Source: Deltaproteobacteria bacterium TL4 (GTDB lineage: Bacteria > SAR324 > NAC60-12). Taken from it: a stretch of 26,262 nucleotides of DNA. The translations under genes were made by a program, and so were the position numbers. The DNA is taken from the NCBI GenBank assembly GCA_051382335.1, contig JBBCAX010000180.1, positions 1-26,262 on the forward strand, in the 5' to 3' direction. Shown piece after piece: positions 17,357 through 25,818 of this stretch. The stretch's first letter is position 1. Every line of letters begins with the position of its first letter. The notes under the pieces are model-generated. The model did no database searches and had not been told where the DNA came from. It saw only the letters and a list, made by a program, of their open reading frames with translations.

Positions 17357-18655
17357 CTAAAATGTTGCGATTACCATTAATATGAATTCATCATTGTTGA
17401 TAAAATCACCCCCTGTTTCTTCATCGTTTAAGGTCATTTCCGCGGCAAATTTAATGGCTTTGTCCCACTGATAATGTAATCCTAACGTATATCGAGCTCT
17501 TCCCCAACTAATGGGAAATTCGGGATTAGGATCGAGATTCAAACGTTGTTGGGAATACGCGACGATGGGTTTCCAGTCTCCATACTCATAGCTCCATTCT
17601 GTTCCAAACAATGATCGTTGAAAAAGACGAATGGTGGTTAAAGCATACTGATTATAAGAACGCAGATTGCCTGAACGCATCTCAAAATTGATACCTGAGC
17701 GGAGATTTTCCAGTTCGGTTCCGGTCTCGATTCCCGTAAAGCCGGGAATTTCCGAGCGAACATTGACGGCATCCACATCGGTATCACTTAAGGCGGAGGC
17801 ACTGTGAAAGAGAAGGATCTCGCATTTATCGATGTGCTTGCCGTGATAACGAAACCCTAGACCTGAAGTGAGTTCACGTCGAGATATGGGAGAAAAAACC
17901 TGGGTCTTGTCATCATTGTCCGCGATGATGATGTCTTGTTTACTCACTTGTCGAGCAGAGATATCCCTGGTATCCAGTTTCGGACCATTCATGAGTCCGA
18001 AGGCCAAATAAACCGATTTCCATAAAGCCAACCGTCCTTGAATTCCTGAATCGCGACTGTGGTAAAGCGCAATTTTATTCAAATTATCTGTTTCCAAATC
18101 AGAATCCAATTTAAACAACCGGGATTGTAAGCCCAATGTTATGCGGTTGAGGTCCTCTTTGTTTTTATCAAGCTTCGCCTCTTTGGCATGGGGCGAATAC
18201 CGGAGGTAAGCGCTTTGTAGTTCTGAAGTTTCAGGATTGATTTGATACCGCATCTGAAATTCCCATCCATTTCGCCAGTCATACTGGAGTTTCAGATTGA
18301 CATCACTCAACTCAAAGCCCAGATTAACTTCCGAAACTCTGGTCCTGTTTTTGGCATAACGAAGCGCAAATTTAAAATCGCCACTCCATTTGAGTTTCTT
18401 CTTTTTTGATTTTTTATTTTTCTTCTGGGTAAGTTTTTGCCCTGAATTTTCAACCTCATTTTGTGCCCATAAATCGTGATCGTGTTCACCCTCTTCATTA
18501 CGAAAATAATCGGGATCTAGGTTTAATAACTCGGTGTTTGCTGCTACGATTGAAGGACGTAAAATCAACATCCCCAGTCCAAGAATCGGTATCAAAAGCA
18601 AGTATGACGTAATATTAAAGTCTGTCTTGTGTTGTTGCTGTAAATAGTATCTCAT
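17357..18655 (-). CDS. Outer-membrane beta-barrel porin (OprO/OprP-like architecture)
   Basis: Signal-like N-terminus, alternating amphipathic strands (LQSAYLRY, ITLGLQ, RDSGIQG, YTLGLHYQW) and C-terminal beta-signal ...MVIATF. Confidence 0.75.
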   Translation of the reverse strand: MRYYLQQQHKTDFNITSYLLLIPILGLGMLILRPSIVAANTELLNLDPDYFRNEEGEHDHDLWAQNEVENSGQKLTQKKNKKSKKKKLKWSGDFKFALRYAKNRTRVSEVNLGFELSDVNLKLQYDWRNGWEFQMRYQINPETSELQSAYLRYSPHAKEAKLDKNKEDLNRITLGLQSRLFKLDSDLETDNLNKIALYHSRDSGIQGRLALWKSVYLAFGLMNGPKLDTRDISARQVSKQDIIIADNDDKTQVFSPISRRELTSGLGFRYHGKHIDKCEILLFHSASALSDTDVDAVNVRSEIPGFTGIETGTELENLRSGINFEMRSGNLRSYNQYALTTIRLFQRSLFGTEWSYEYGDWKPIVAYSQQRLNLDPNPEFPISWGRARYTLGLHYQWDKAIKFAAEMTLNDEETGGDFINNDEFILMVIATF

Positions 18656-18695
18656 AAGCGAATCGTATTATTAATTTTATGAAGTGAAAGGTGGC

Positions 18696-18941
18696 ATGGA
18701 TTTTCCTAAGTTAGACCCCAAATTATTGATGTTCAGTTCCATGGGGCTTGAACTGGGTCTTTCAGTGATTGTGGGCTGTGTTGCAGGCAGTGCTCTGGAT
18801 CGCCATTTCAACACTTCACCCTGGTTATTTCTGCTCTTTACGTTTTTTGGCTGTGTTGCAGGTTACCGGAGTATATTCAGGCTATTAAAAAAACTCAATG
18901 CTGAATCGAACCAAGATTCTTCGTCACCCCCTTCCCCATGA
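18696..18941 (+). CDS. AtpZ/AtpI-family ATP synthase gene-1 protein
   Basis: MGLELGLSVIVG...G..LDRHFNTSPW motif with two TM helices; first gene of the F0 cluster; AAAGGTGG RBS before ATG 18696. Confidence 0.88.
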   Translation: MDFPKLDPKLLMFSSMGLELGLSVIVGCVAGSALDRHFNTSPWLFLLFTFFGCVAGYRSIFRLLKKLNAESNQDSSSPPSP

Positions 18942-18960
18942 CTGTTGTATTAACCTCATT

Positions 18961-19374
18961 ATGAAAAATTCAACCTCTGTACGGGAATCAGACTCCGAGG
19001 AGTCCCACGTTTTCCCTGAAAATATTGAGCATCTGGATACGTTGTGGAACCTTCTGGTTTTATCGAGCGTGGGCCTCCTTGTTTTTACAGCGTTCTTACG
19101 TCTTGACATTCTGCCCTCAACCCTGTTAGGTACGGGTGTTGTTGGGTTTAATTTTTATTGGACACGACGTATTGCGGCTAAACTCTTTCATGTGGCCTCA
19201 AATATAAAGCGGCGAATGCTCTTTATTTACTTTTTTAAGTTTGGACTTTCTGTTGTGATTCTTTTCTCAGCAATCGTCTATTTCCGAATGTCAGCCCTTG
19301 GGTTGTTGCTCGGATTATCCAACATTGTTGTGGCAGTATTTCTATACTCCATCAAAAGCGTATTATTCCCTTGA
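18961..19374 (+). CDS. atpI: ATP synthase protein I (4-TM)
   Basis: Four hydrophobic segments (LLG...NF, YFFKFGL, LLLGLS); located between the gene-1 protein and atpB. Confidence 0.75.
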   Translation: MKNSTSVRESDSEESHVFPENIEHLDTLWNLLVLSSVGLLVFTAFLRLDILPSTLLGTGVVGFNFYWTRRIAAKLFHVASNIKRRMLFIYFFKFGLSVVILFSAIVYFRMSALGLLLGLSNIVVAVFLYSIKSVLFP

Positions 19375-19403
19375 TTGGGAAATTTCATAGCGATTGAGGC
19401 GAT

Positions 19404-20183
19404 ATGTTTAAAAAAATTAGTCTCTTGGTGTTTTTCCTGAGTTTGAGTGCCCCTGCGTTTGCGTCAGAAGCTGGTTTCACCTGGTCTCATTTCATTTTTG
19501 GCTGGTTGGAAGAGCCGCTGGCTCATGCGGGAATTGATCCTGTGCCGATATTGGATATGTTCTTTGTCGCGATTGGATTGATCGTCTTTGCTTTTATCGG
19601 AGGAAGGCCGTTTCGTGGAAAAGAAATGGTGGAGCCTACGGGCAAAGCCTCCTTCAGTCATTTCATTGAAGTACTGGTGGGGGGAATCCTCAATTTTTTA
19701 AGCGGCATCATCCGACACGGCGTAGGCCCACGTCCTTTGTTGCCCTTGCTGGGAACATACGCACTCTTTATACTCTCGTTGAACCTGATTGGGCTGGTTC
19801 CAGGATTCGTTCCTCCTACCGATCAATTCAATATCACGCTTGCGTTTGGTTTAATCATTTTTGTAATGACTCATATCCTCGGCTTCAAGTGTCATGGATC
19901 TCATTACGTCAAACAATTCATAGGACCGATGCCTTGGCTGGCCCCTTTGATGGTTCCGATTGAATTGATTAGCCATTGCGTACGGCCGTTATCCCTGGCC
20001 ATTCGTCTGTTTGGAAACATGACAGGGGATCACAAAGTGGTCTTCGTGTTTACTTCCATTCTGGCGGTGGGATTGCCCATTCCTTTTATGGGATTGGGGA
20101 TTCTTGTGTCTGTACTGCAGTCATTTGTGTTTGTTGTTCTTTCTTCCATTTATTTCGAAGGCGCAATGAGCGAAGCTCATTAA
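19404..20183 (+). CDS. atpB: F0F1 ATP synthase subunit a
   Basis: NLIGLVPG, PPT, PIELISHCVRPLSLAIRLFGNMTGDH (essential Arg) and LQSFVFVVLSSIY; signal-peptide-like N-terminus ending APAFA. Confidence 0.98.
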   Translation: MFKKISLLVFFLSLSAPAFASEAGFTWSHFIFGWLEEPLAHAGIDPVPILDMFFVAIGLIVFAFIGGRPFRGKEMVEPTGKASFSHFIEVLVGGILNFLSGIIRHGVGPRPLLPLLGTYALFILSLNLIGLVPGFVPPTDQFNITLAFGLIIFVMTHILGFKCHGSHYVKQFIGPMPWLAPLMVPIELISHCVRPLSLAIRLFGNMTGDHKVVFVFTSILAVGLPIPFMGLGILVSVLQSFVFVVLSSIYFEGAMSEAH

Positions 20184-20222
20184 GCTTGAAAACTATAACC
20201 TTTTTGTAAAAACGAGTCTATT

Positions 20223-20525
20223 ATGAAAAAACTACTCACTTTTATGTTTTTCATGGTTGCGGCGGTTCCATTGTATGCTGCTGAAATTAATGATCCTTTA
20301 AGTCAATCCGTGCTGGCGATTGCGGCCGGCCTGGCGATTTCCATAGCGGCTTTCGGTGGGGCTATTGCCCAAGGAATGGCCGTTCGAGCGGCATTGGAAG
20401 GCATTGCGCGCAATCCTAATGCTTCAGATAAGATCTTCACGCCAATGATTGTTGGTCTGGCTTTGATCGAATCTCTTGTCATTTATGCGTTGGTCATCGC
20501 TTTCATCCTTCAAGGTAAGATCTAA
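20223..20525 (+). CDS. atpE: F0F1 ATP synthase subunit c
   Basis: GAIAQG, EGIARNP loop and [13 protein letters not shown] (ion-binding Glu); signal-peptide-like N-terminal extension. Confidence 0.98.
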   Translation: MKKLLTFMFFMVAAVPLYAAEINDPLSQSVLAIAAGLAISIAAFGGAIAQGMAVRAALEGIARNPNASDKIFTPMIVGLALIESLVIYALVIAFILQGKI

Positions 20526-20537
20526 TTTTCTTAGTGG

Positions 20538-20563
20538 AGAAGCCCGTCGTTCAGCGGGCTTCT
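20538..20563 (+). terminator. Stem-loop after atpE, probable intrinsic terminator
   Basis: AGAAGCCCG-tcgttcag-CGGGCTTCT, a 9-bp stem 12 nt after the stop codon; the U-tract is weak. Confidence 0.65.
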
Positions 20564-20635
20564 TCATTGAAGCTAGCCTTAAGTTATCTTTTCGTCCTTA
20601 CTTTTAACACTCAAAGCCCTTGAACAAAGAGCCTA

Positions 20636-21910
20636 ATGAATCACGTTGCGGTAACTATCCTTGTTATTTTGTGTTTTTTACCTCTAGTTCTGTTTGCGAA
20701 TGAAAAGCCGCCCTTAGCTACGCCGGCCACGACCAGTCCGCCCGCTGTACTTTCCCAATCTGACAGTGATGAAGAGGATGAAGAAAACGAGGACGAGGAT
20801 GAAAAACCTATTGCAGCCATTGCGCCTGTGACTTCATTAGGTGAGATTTCAGAAGTTGAAAAACAGATCATTTTCAACAGTTTACTTACCAAATTATCTC
20901 AAACTCATAATCTCATCTCTCAAGATCAATTCAAAGCCGCCCAAGAAATGGCGTTTGAGGAACTTGAAGCGGAAGAGTGTACCGAGGAACAATGTATCCG
21001 CAAAATACAAGACCTGCTCCAGGTTGAAAACTTGTTTGTTTTACAAGTTCTCAAACACAATCAGGATACCCAATTGAGTTTAACCTTAGTCGATCTGGAT
21101 AAAAAAAAGGTAGAGAGTGATTATTGCCAAAAGTGTGATATTCCCACCTTGAATTCAAGAATTGATCAGTTAGTCGATAAGCTGATACGCGTCAAACCCA
21201 AATCAGTGCCCCCTCTTCCTTCAGTCGAACAAGAATCAGCACCCCAAGTTTCTTCAAAAGCGGAGAGGGGAAAACACCATCTCCGATTCTATGTTCCGAT
21301 CGCGAACATGGGAACTTTTAAGCGGATAACCCAACTTACGCTGGCGGAGGACTCCAATGTGAAGGCCGAAAATAAACCCAAATATGAGAAAAAACTGGAA
21401 GGCACCGGAGATCGCTTGAAATCCTCAGGCTCCTCTTTGGGCGTCGCTTATATTCACCCTTGGGGGATTGGGATAGGGTTATCACAGATACAAGCGGAAT
21501 CAAATATTTTGATTGATCAGGGCGGAAACGGATCAGTCTATGATTATGCGTCACTGGAAGTAAACTTGTTTGATTTTTCCTATACGCTTATTTTCCTGGA
21601 AAAATTATCACTGTCTCTAGCATTCGGAATTCCACTTTCAAGTACAGCAACCTCCCACAATGATCACAACTATGGTTTTGAGGATTCAAGTAGCAGCACG
21701 GTTGAGGGAAGCACTTTTTGCCTGGGAGCCGGATATCAATTTTCTGTTTGGGAGATCGTTCTAGGCGTCCGCAGTACGACACTGATCTACACCGGGTTCA
21801 GTCAAACGTCTTCATCAGGAAACACGCTCTTGGGTTCCAGCACTCTGGAGACGAGTAAACTTGAAGCCCATCTGACTGAAATCTGGATGGGATTAGGCTG
21901 GTTATTTTAA
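20636..21910 (+). CDS. Exported protein: acidic linker, Cys-containing alpha/beta domain, Pro-rich linker and C-terminal outer-membrane beta-barrel
   Basis: Signal peptide; DEEDEENEDEDE run; ECTEEQCI and YCQKCD Cys pairs; C-terminal half of alternating strands ending IWMGLGWLF. Confidence 0.7.
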   Translation: MNHVAVTILVILCFLPLVLFANEKPPLATPATTSPPAVLSQSDSDEEDEENEDEDEKPIAAIAPVTSLGEISEVEKQIIFNSLLTKLSQTHNLISQDQFKAAQEMAFEELEAEECTEEQCIRKIQDLLQVENLFVLQVLKHNQDTQLSLTLVDLDKKKVESDYCQKCDIPTLNSRIDQLVDKLIRVKPKSVPPLPSVEQESAPQVSSKAERGKHHLRFYVPIANMGTFKRITQLTLAEDSNVKAENKPKYEKKLEGTGDRLKSSGSSLGVAYIHPWGIGIGLSQIQAESNILIDQGGNGSVYDYASLEVNLFDFSYTLIFLEKLSLSLAFGIPLSSTATSHNDHNYGFEDSSSSTVEGSTFCLGAGYQFSVWEIVLGVRSTTLIYTGFSQTSSSGNTLLGSSTLETSKLEAHLTEIWMGLGWLF

Positions 21911-21959
21911 TCTGAACTTCGCGAGTTTTACGTTAGACGTACGATGAGTTAAACAGGTG

Positions 21960-22373
21960 CTAACAGGCAAAGGTAAAAATGTAGGCTAATTGCTGAAAGC
22001 CCCATTGAATGACAGACTCCACCTCACTTTTAGAAAGGCGTAACCTTGAACCGATTTCCTCAATAATACGACGTTCATTCGAATGAAATTCCGCATCAGA
22101 AATAGCAATCGCAATACAGGTTTGTAAAACCTCACGAGCTAAATTTTGAGGAAAGAAAACGGATGATTCCAATTCTATAGGCTTATCGGATTTTGTGAGC
22201 TTTTGGAGTTGGTGTAATTCTTCTGAAGATTGGTTGAATTGGTCATAAATGGTGTTTAGATATTCTTCCTCGGCTTCATCAATGCGCCCATCCGCCATAA
22301 TGGTAGCAATCATTGCTTTTGCATACCAACGTTGTTGGTCTTGGTTCATCTTTGAAAAAATCTCTCTATCCAT
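21960..22373 (-). CDS. TerB-family (tellurite resistance B-like) protein
   Basis: IMADGRIDEAEEEYL and IAISDAEFHSNERRII...L.LS paired TerB motifs. Confidence 0.88.
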   Translation of the reverse strand: MDREIFSKMNQDQQRWYAKAMIATIMADGRIDEAEEEYLNTIYDQFNQSSEELHQLQKLTKSDKPIELESSVFFPQNLAREVLQTCIAIAISDAEFHSNERRIIEEIGSRLRLSKSEVESVIQWGFQQLAYIFTFAC

Positions 22374-22781
22374 GTCTTCTCAACCAAAAATAGGTCAATA
22401 AAAAAACTGACACTTTATTTAATGATCCTCATTTGAAAAGAATCGTTTTTTTCATTTCAATTGCCAGCAATACATTGTGCGAAATACACAAAACCAACAC
22501 TTCGACACGCATCAGTTACATGACATAGATTAAATACAGATACAAGGTTTTAAACCATCACTGACACACTTTTACAATCGAGAAGCGCCGTGTGTTCCGC
22601 GGATCTCTCGGCAAAAAATGGTGCCTAATGGATTTTGTTTTGTTAACGGGGATCTTAGACAAGATAATTCGTTTTCCACTCTAAATTGATTTTAACCAAT
22701 GAGCGCAAACAGCAGCGTAAATTCCGGGACAGAACGCCCAAAAGGCACGACGGGGAATTGAGGCTTCGCCGATTGAAGGAC

Positions 22782-23159
22782 TCAAGGCTTGTCTGATTCA
22801 CTTACTTTTCGTTTCACAGTTTTTTTGGGGCGGGTTTTACGGGCTCTTTTCTTTTTTATTTCTTTTACCATACTTTTTCGATTGGCGCTGACATGTTTTT
22901 TGAATTTCCAATATTTGTATTTTTTTATTAAAAAAATAAATAGAGGTAGAATCAATAAAACACCTAAAATCCCACCCGCAAAAACCCAAAGGCCGGGATC
23001 ATCAAGTGAGAGATTGCCAACCTTCAAAGCCTTTAATATCTCGTTTCTCGCCATAGGCATAACTTTAGTATCACGAATCGTCTGCCCCGTCAGCATCATC
23101 CACAACGCTATTGCCAAGCCACATCGGTAAAAGTTCCTAATTCTCTTTTTGGATTTCAT
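22782..23159 (-). CDS. Small membrane protein with highly basic C-terminal tail, function unknown
   Basis: Hydrophobic N-terminal segment, second TM LWVFAGGILGVLLILPLFIFLI and K/R-rich tail; co-oriented with its neighbours. Confidence 0.6.
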   Translation of the reverse strand: MKSKKRIRNFYRCGLAIALWMMLTGQTIRDTKVMPMARNEILKALKVGNLSLDDPGLWVFAGGILGVLLILPLFIFLIKKYKYWKFKKHVSANRKSMVKEIKKKRARKTRPKKTVKRKVSESDKP

Positions 23160-23411
23160 TTTTTGATGACCCCAATTTACTTTTTGATTACTTCTTCAAC
23201 CAAGGAATGCCCCTTAAGGAGGAAGGGAATAAAAACATTCCTATCCCTCCAGGGCAAAATTTTGTGCAAGCATCGTTGCTGATCGCTGTCGCTCAATTCG
23301 CCTTTAGCAATCAGATAGTAAGCCGGGAACCACACTAATAGCACAGGTTTTCAAAGAGCGGATACCTGCTTCTCGACAACGATTGTGTCGTTGAAGGCTG
23401 AAGCTTAGAAA

Positions 23412-23924
23412 CTAGCGTCCACCTTTACCACCAACTTGTCCAGCCCGGCCACCGCCTTGTCCACCGCGGCCACCGCCTTCTCCGCCGCGACCACCGCGAC
23501 CACCGCCTTCTCCGCCGCGACCACCACCATATCCGCCTCGACTGTCTCCGTATCCACCTTTATCGCCGTATCCGCCTTTATCGCCGTATCCGCCTTTATC
23601 GCCGTATCCGCCTTTGTTCCCGCCGTATCCGCCTTTGTTCCCGGCATATCCGCCCTTACCGCCCTTACTATCACGATTTTCCTCACGAGGGCGAGCCTCA
23701 GTCACGTTAATCGCTCTTCCTTTTAGTTCTTTGCCATTGAGACCATCGATTGCGGACTGCCCTTCCGTTTTAGTGGGCATCTCCACAAATCCAAATCCTT
23801 TTGATTGACCGCTATACTTGTCTTTGATTATGGTGGCAGATTCAACCTGTCCAAATTGCTCTAAAGCCGACCGTAAGTCATTTTCGGTAACATCATACGA
23901 CAAATTTCCCACATAGATCTTCAT
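23412..23924 (-). CDS. RRM RNA-binding protein with long Gly/Tyr/RGG-rich tail
   Basis: RNP2 KIYVGNLSY, RNP1 KGFGFVEM and LKGRAINVTEARPR; AAGGAG RBS before ATG 23924. Confidence 0.96.
   Translation of the reverse strand: MKIYVGNLSYDVTENDLRSALEQFGQVESATIIKDKYSGQSKGFGFVEMPTKTEGQSAIDGLNGKELKGRAINVTEARPREENRDSKGGKGGYAGNKGGYGGNKGGYGDKGGYGDKGGYGDKGGYGDSRGGYGGGRGGEGGGRGGRGGEGGGRGGQGGGRAGQVGGKGGR
23415..23670 (-). repeat. Coding tandem repeats (18- and 21-bp units and RGG units) in the RRM tail
   Basis: Plus strand has (g)ccgtatcc(a/g)cctttatc three times plus 21-bp variants, encoding GGYAGNK, GGYGGNK, (GGYGDK)x3 and GGYGDSR, then GGRGGEGG twice. Confidence 0.9.
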
Positions 23925-23964
23925 TCTAATCTCCTTTTGTAACAAATTATATATTTACACATCG

Positions 23965-24261
23965 GTCGGGTAGCCAGAGGTTGTTGACAACCCCCAACCC
24001 CTAAGAATTGAACATACGGGTTTTCCCGGTTCTGCTCAAGCCTTTCGTAAACTCTGTTTTACGAGAGTCGGTCATAACATATGACCTTCATGATACTCTC
24101 TTGGAGCCAAAACACAATTATTGCGAGGAACAGCTCTAGTTTCCCATTTGTTGGACGCTATCATCCGCTTTGTCTCCTAAATCGGTAGCCAAATTTCTCC
24201 GTGATCAAAGACCAAGCAGAAGTCTGCCCTTTTTCGCATGAGATGATGTTGCCCCTAAACT
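23965..24261 (-). ncRNA. ORF-less, 5'-truncated, degenerate group II intron remnant (about DII/DIII to DVI)
   Basis: Minus strand reads GAAAGGCTTGAGCAGAACCGGGAAAACCCGTATGTTCAATTC-TTAGGGGTTGGGGGTTGTCAACAACCTCTGGCTACCCGAC. This is a DV-like hairpin with the AGC triad followed by DVI with a bulged A and an AC 3' end. The upstream GGGCAGACTTC...TTGGTCTTTGATCACGGAG...GATAGCGTCCAAC resembles IIB-type internal domains. Confidence 0.8.
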
Positions 24262-24559
24262 CCGGGTAATCGTTCTATGGACTAATCCCTTTTAGATTCT
24301 TTTCCAAGTAAGCATGACTTCATCCTGCCATTTCAATCGCTGATTTTGAATTGCCAATTTAGCGATCTTTCCCCTTTTTTAAAGGGTTGAGAGCAATATG
24401 TCTTAATATTTTGCAATTCTCAAACCTATTTTCTTTCCTAATTCGAGAATTTTCTTCCACACCCAAGAGTTAGTGGTTATTTGTTTTCAGTTCTTGAGGC
24501 ACCTCATGCTACTCAGCAGCAGATAAACGCAGATTTTTAAGTATTTTTATAACGGTTCG
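24262..24559 (-). pseudogene. Decayed ISAs1-family transposase C-terminus and right end
   Basis: Minus translation H*LLGVEENSRIRKENRFENCKILRHIALNPLKK...AG*SHAYLEK matches the ISAs1 C-terminal pattern HW.LDV.F.ED..RIRK....N...LR.IALNLL......AGWD..YL. Plus CCGGGTAATCG at 24262 resembles the ISAs1 terminus CAGGGCAATCG. Confidence 0.75.
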
Positions 24560-25626
24560 CTGACATTGAGCAGTGTGTTTACAAGAAAAATGAATTAGCC
24601 ATATTTTTCGAGAAGAGGCTGATTCAAGTCATCCAATTGATAAAATTTGGCAACACTTTCTCCAAATAAGGCGATAATTTTAAGACGAATGTCGTTGAGT
24701 CCTTCGATGAAACGACTTTGATTTCCCTGAAGATTGATATTGACGCAGTGGATTCCCTCCATGATCTGAAAGACCCAACGTAAAGTTGGAGTCTGTGTGG
24801 GAACATCAATTTGGTTAGGCAAGGTTTCCTTAATGCGTTTTAAGATCTGTCTTAGGCGGCGCTGAGCGACTGAATAAACGAGAAGCGAGAGGGTCATTAC
24901 CATCAAGAGACCTTCAATACGAGAAGGTTTTTTGAGGAAGAGAGAAGAGACAAAAAAGAGCGGGTCTTTTAAAAAACGAAATCCGCTTTCTACACACGCT
25001 TGTTGTTTGTAGGCGTTCAACACCTCTTGTGGTGTTAATTCGTTGGCAGATATATTGGTAGCCACGATGAAACAGGCCTTGTCTTTTTTAAGCTGCTCTA
25101 CTTTTTCCCCACAAGAGATCACAGTGGCATTAATTTGCCATTGGAGCGTATAAGGAGAATTGGCAGAGGGTTTTCCTGCTCCTTTGTATTTTTTATACGA
25201 AGTGAAAGTGATGTCCTGGATTTTGTGGTAGGGCCACTTTTGGGTTAAGTGTTCCAGAGCCTCTTGAGCCGCCTGCTGAGTCTCAAAACGGTTGGCCTGT
25301 AAATGAAACAACTGTTTCAAAATAGCTTCGGTTCTCTTTTCCTGAGCTCGATCAACGGTGTGTTCCGCTCTGGAGTAAGCGTGTTGAGAAAAAACAATGA
25401 CCCAACGTTGATCCATTGAGAAGTGACCCAACTCAACGAGTTGATTGTTTGAGCGTTTCTGGGGTCTCGGGGTTGCTCCGCTAAAAATGGGAGCTGTATA
25501 CAGCATTTTTGGGGAGTTGGGCGATAACATATACAAAATACCGTTAATGAGGATGAGAATAAAGCCGATTGAATGTTGCTCCTATCTTTATTCCTTTTTT
25601 TCTTTTTTTCAACTACTCAATGTCAG
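24560..25626 (-). mobile_element. Internally deleted IS1634-family insertion sequence
   Basis: Terminal inverted repeats CTGACATTGAGCAGT (24560-24574) and ACTACTCAATGTCAG (25612-25626) match at 14/15 positions and enclose a partial transposase. Confidence 0.85.
24595..25445 (-). pseudogene. IS1634-family transposase, C-terminal half only
   Basis: QRWVIVFS, CFIVATN, YKQQACVESGFRFLKDPLFFVSSLFLKKPSRIEGLLMVMTLSLLVYS and PTLRWVFQ are present; the N-terminal domain and first catalytic Asp region are absent. Confidence 0.88.
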
Positions 25627-25744
25627 ATAGCTGTCAAGAAAAGTTTTGTCCTTTGGCCTGAGTTTTGCTGTGGATATGGTCTTTCCTGAAGAAGTACTTT
25701 AATATTAGTTAGATAGCAATAATTTTTGAAAATTTTAAAAAAGA

Positions 25745-25815
25745 CTCTCCTCAGAGTTGATTTTTTGTTACAATGAATTATTTCACCAATAATTGTAACC
25801 CAAAACTAAGGAGAG
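25745..25815 (+). promoter_or_regulatory. Inverted-repeat leader of the IS630 transposase pairing with its RBS and containing an extended -10 box
   Basis: CTCTCCT (25745-51) pairs with AGGAGAG (25809-15); GTTACAAT (25767-74) pairs with ATTGTAAC (25792-99); TGTTACAAT fits an extended -10 element. Confidence 0.6.
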
Positions 25816-25818
25816 CTC

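Noticed and set aside
22374..22781. 400-bp intergenic region as an ncRNA, and a sigma54-like motif at 22611-22626
   Set aside because: No recognisable RNA family; GG-GC spacing is 11 rather than the required 10; the recurring GACAC words are too short to call.
22789..23130. Plus-strand 113-aa ORF
   Set aside because: Antisense to the minus-strand membrane protein, which fits local gene orientation better.
23250..23345. c-di-GMP-I riboswitch suggested by GGGCAAA...AGCCGGG
   Set aside because: Lacks the GAAA-capped P2 stem and the GCAAA/tetraloop-receptor arrangement, and lies antisense to the neighbouring genes.
23405..23808. Repeat-rich ORFs (KADTAI and AVSAFI repeats) and a possible CRISPR array
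   Set aside because: Alternate frames of the RRM glycine-rich tail; the repeats are contiguous with no unique spacers and no cas genes are present.
25445..25630. Plus-strand 61-aa ORF, and the first 30 codons of ORF 24595-25536, as real protein sequence
   Set aside because: Both fall in the IS1634 non-coding left end and leader hairpin.
24545..25640. Target-site duplication flanking IS1634
   Set aside because: The flanks (…AACGGTTCG and ATAGCTGTC…) share no direct repeat.
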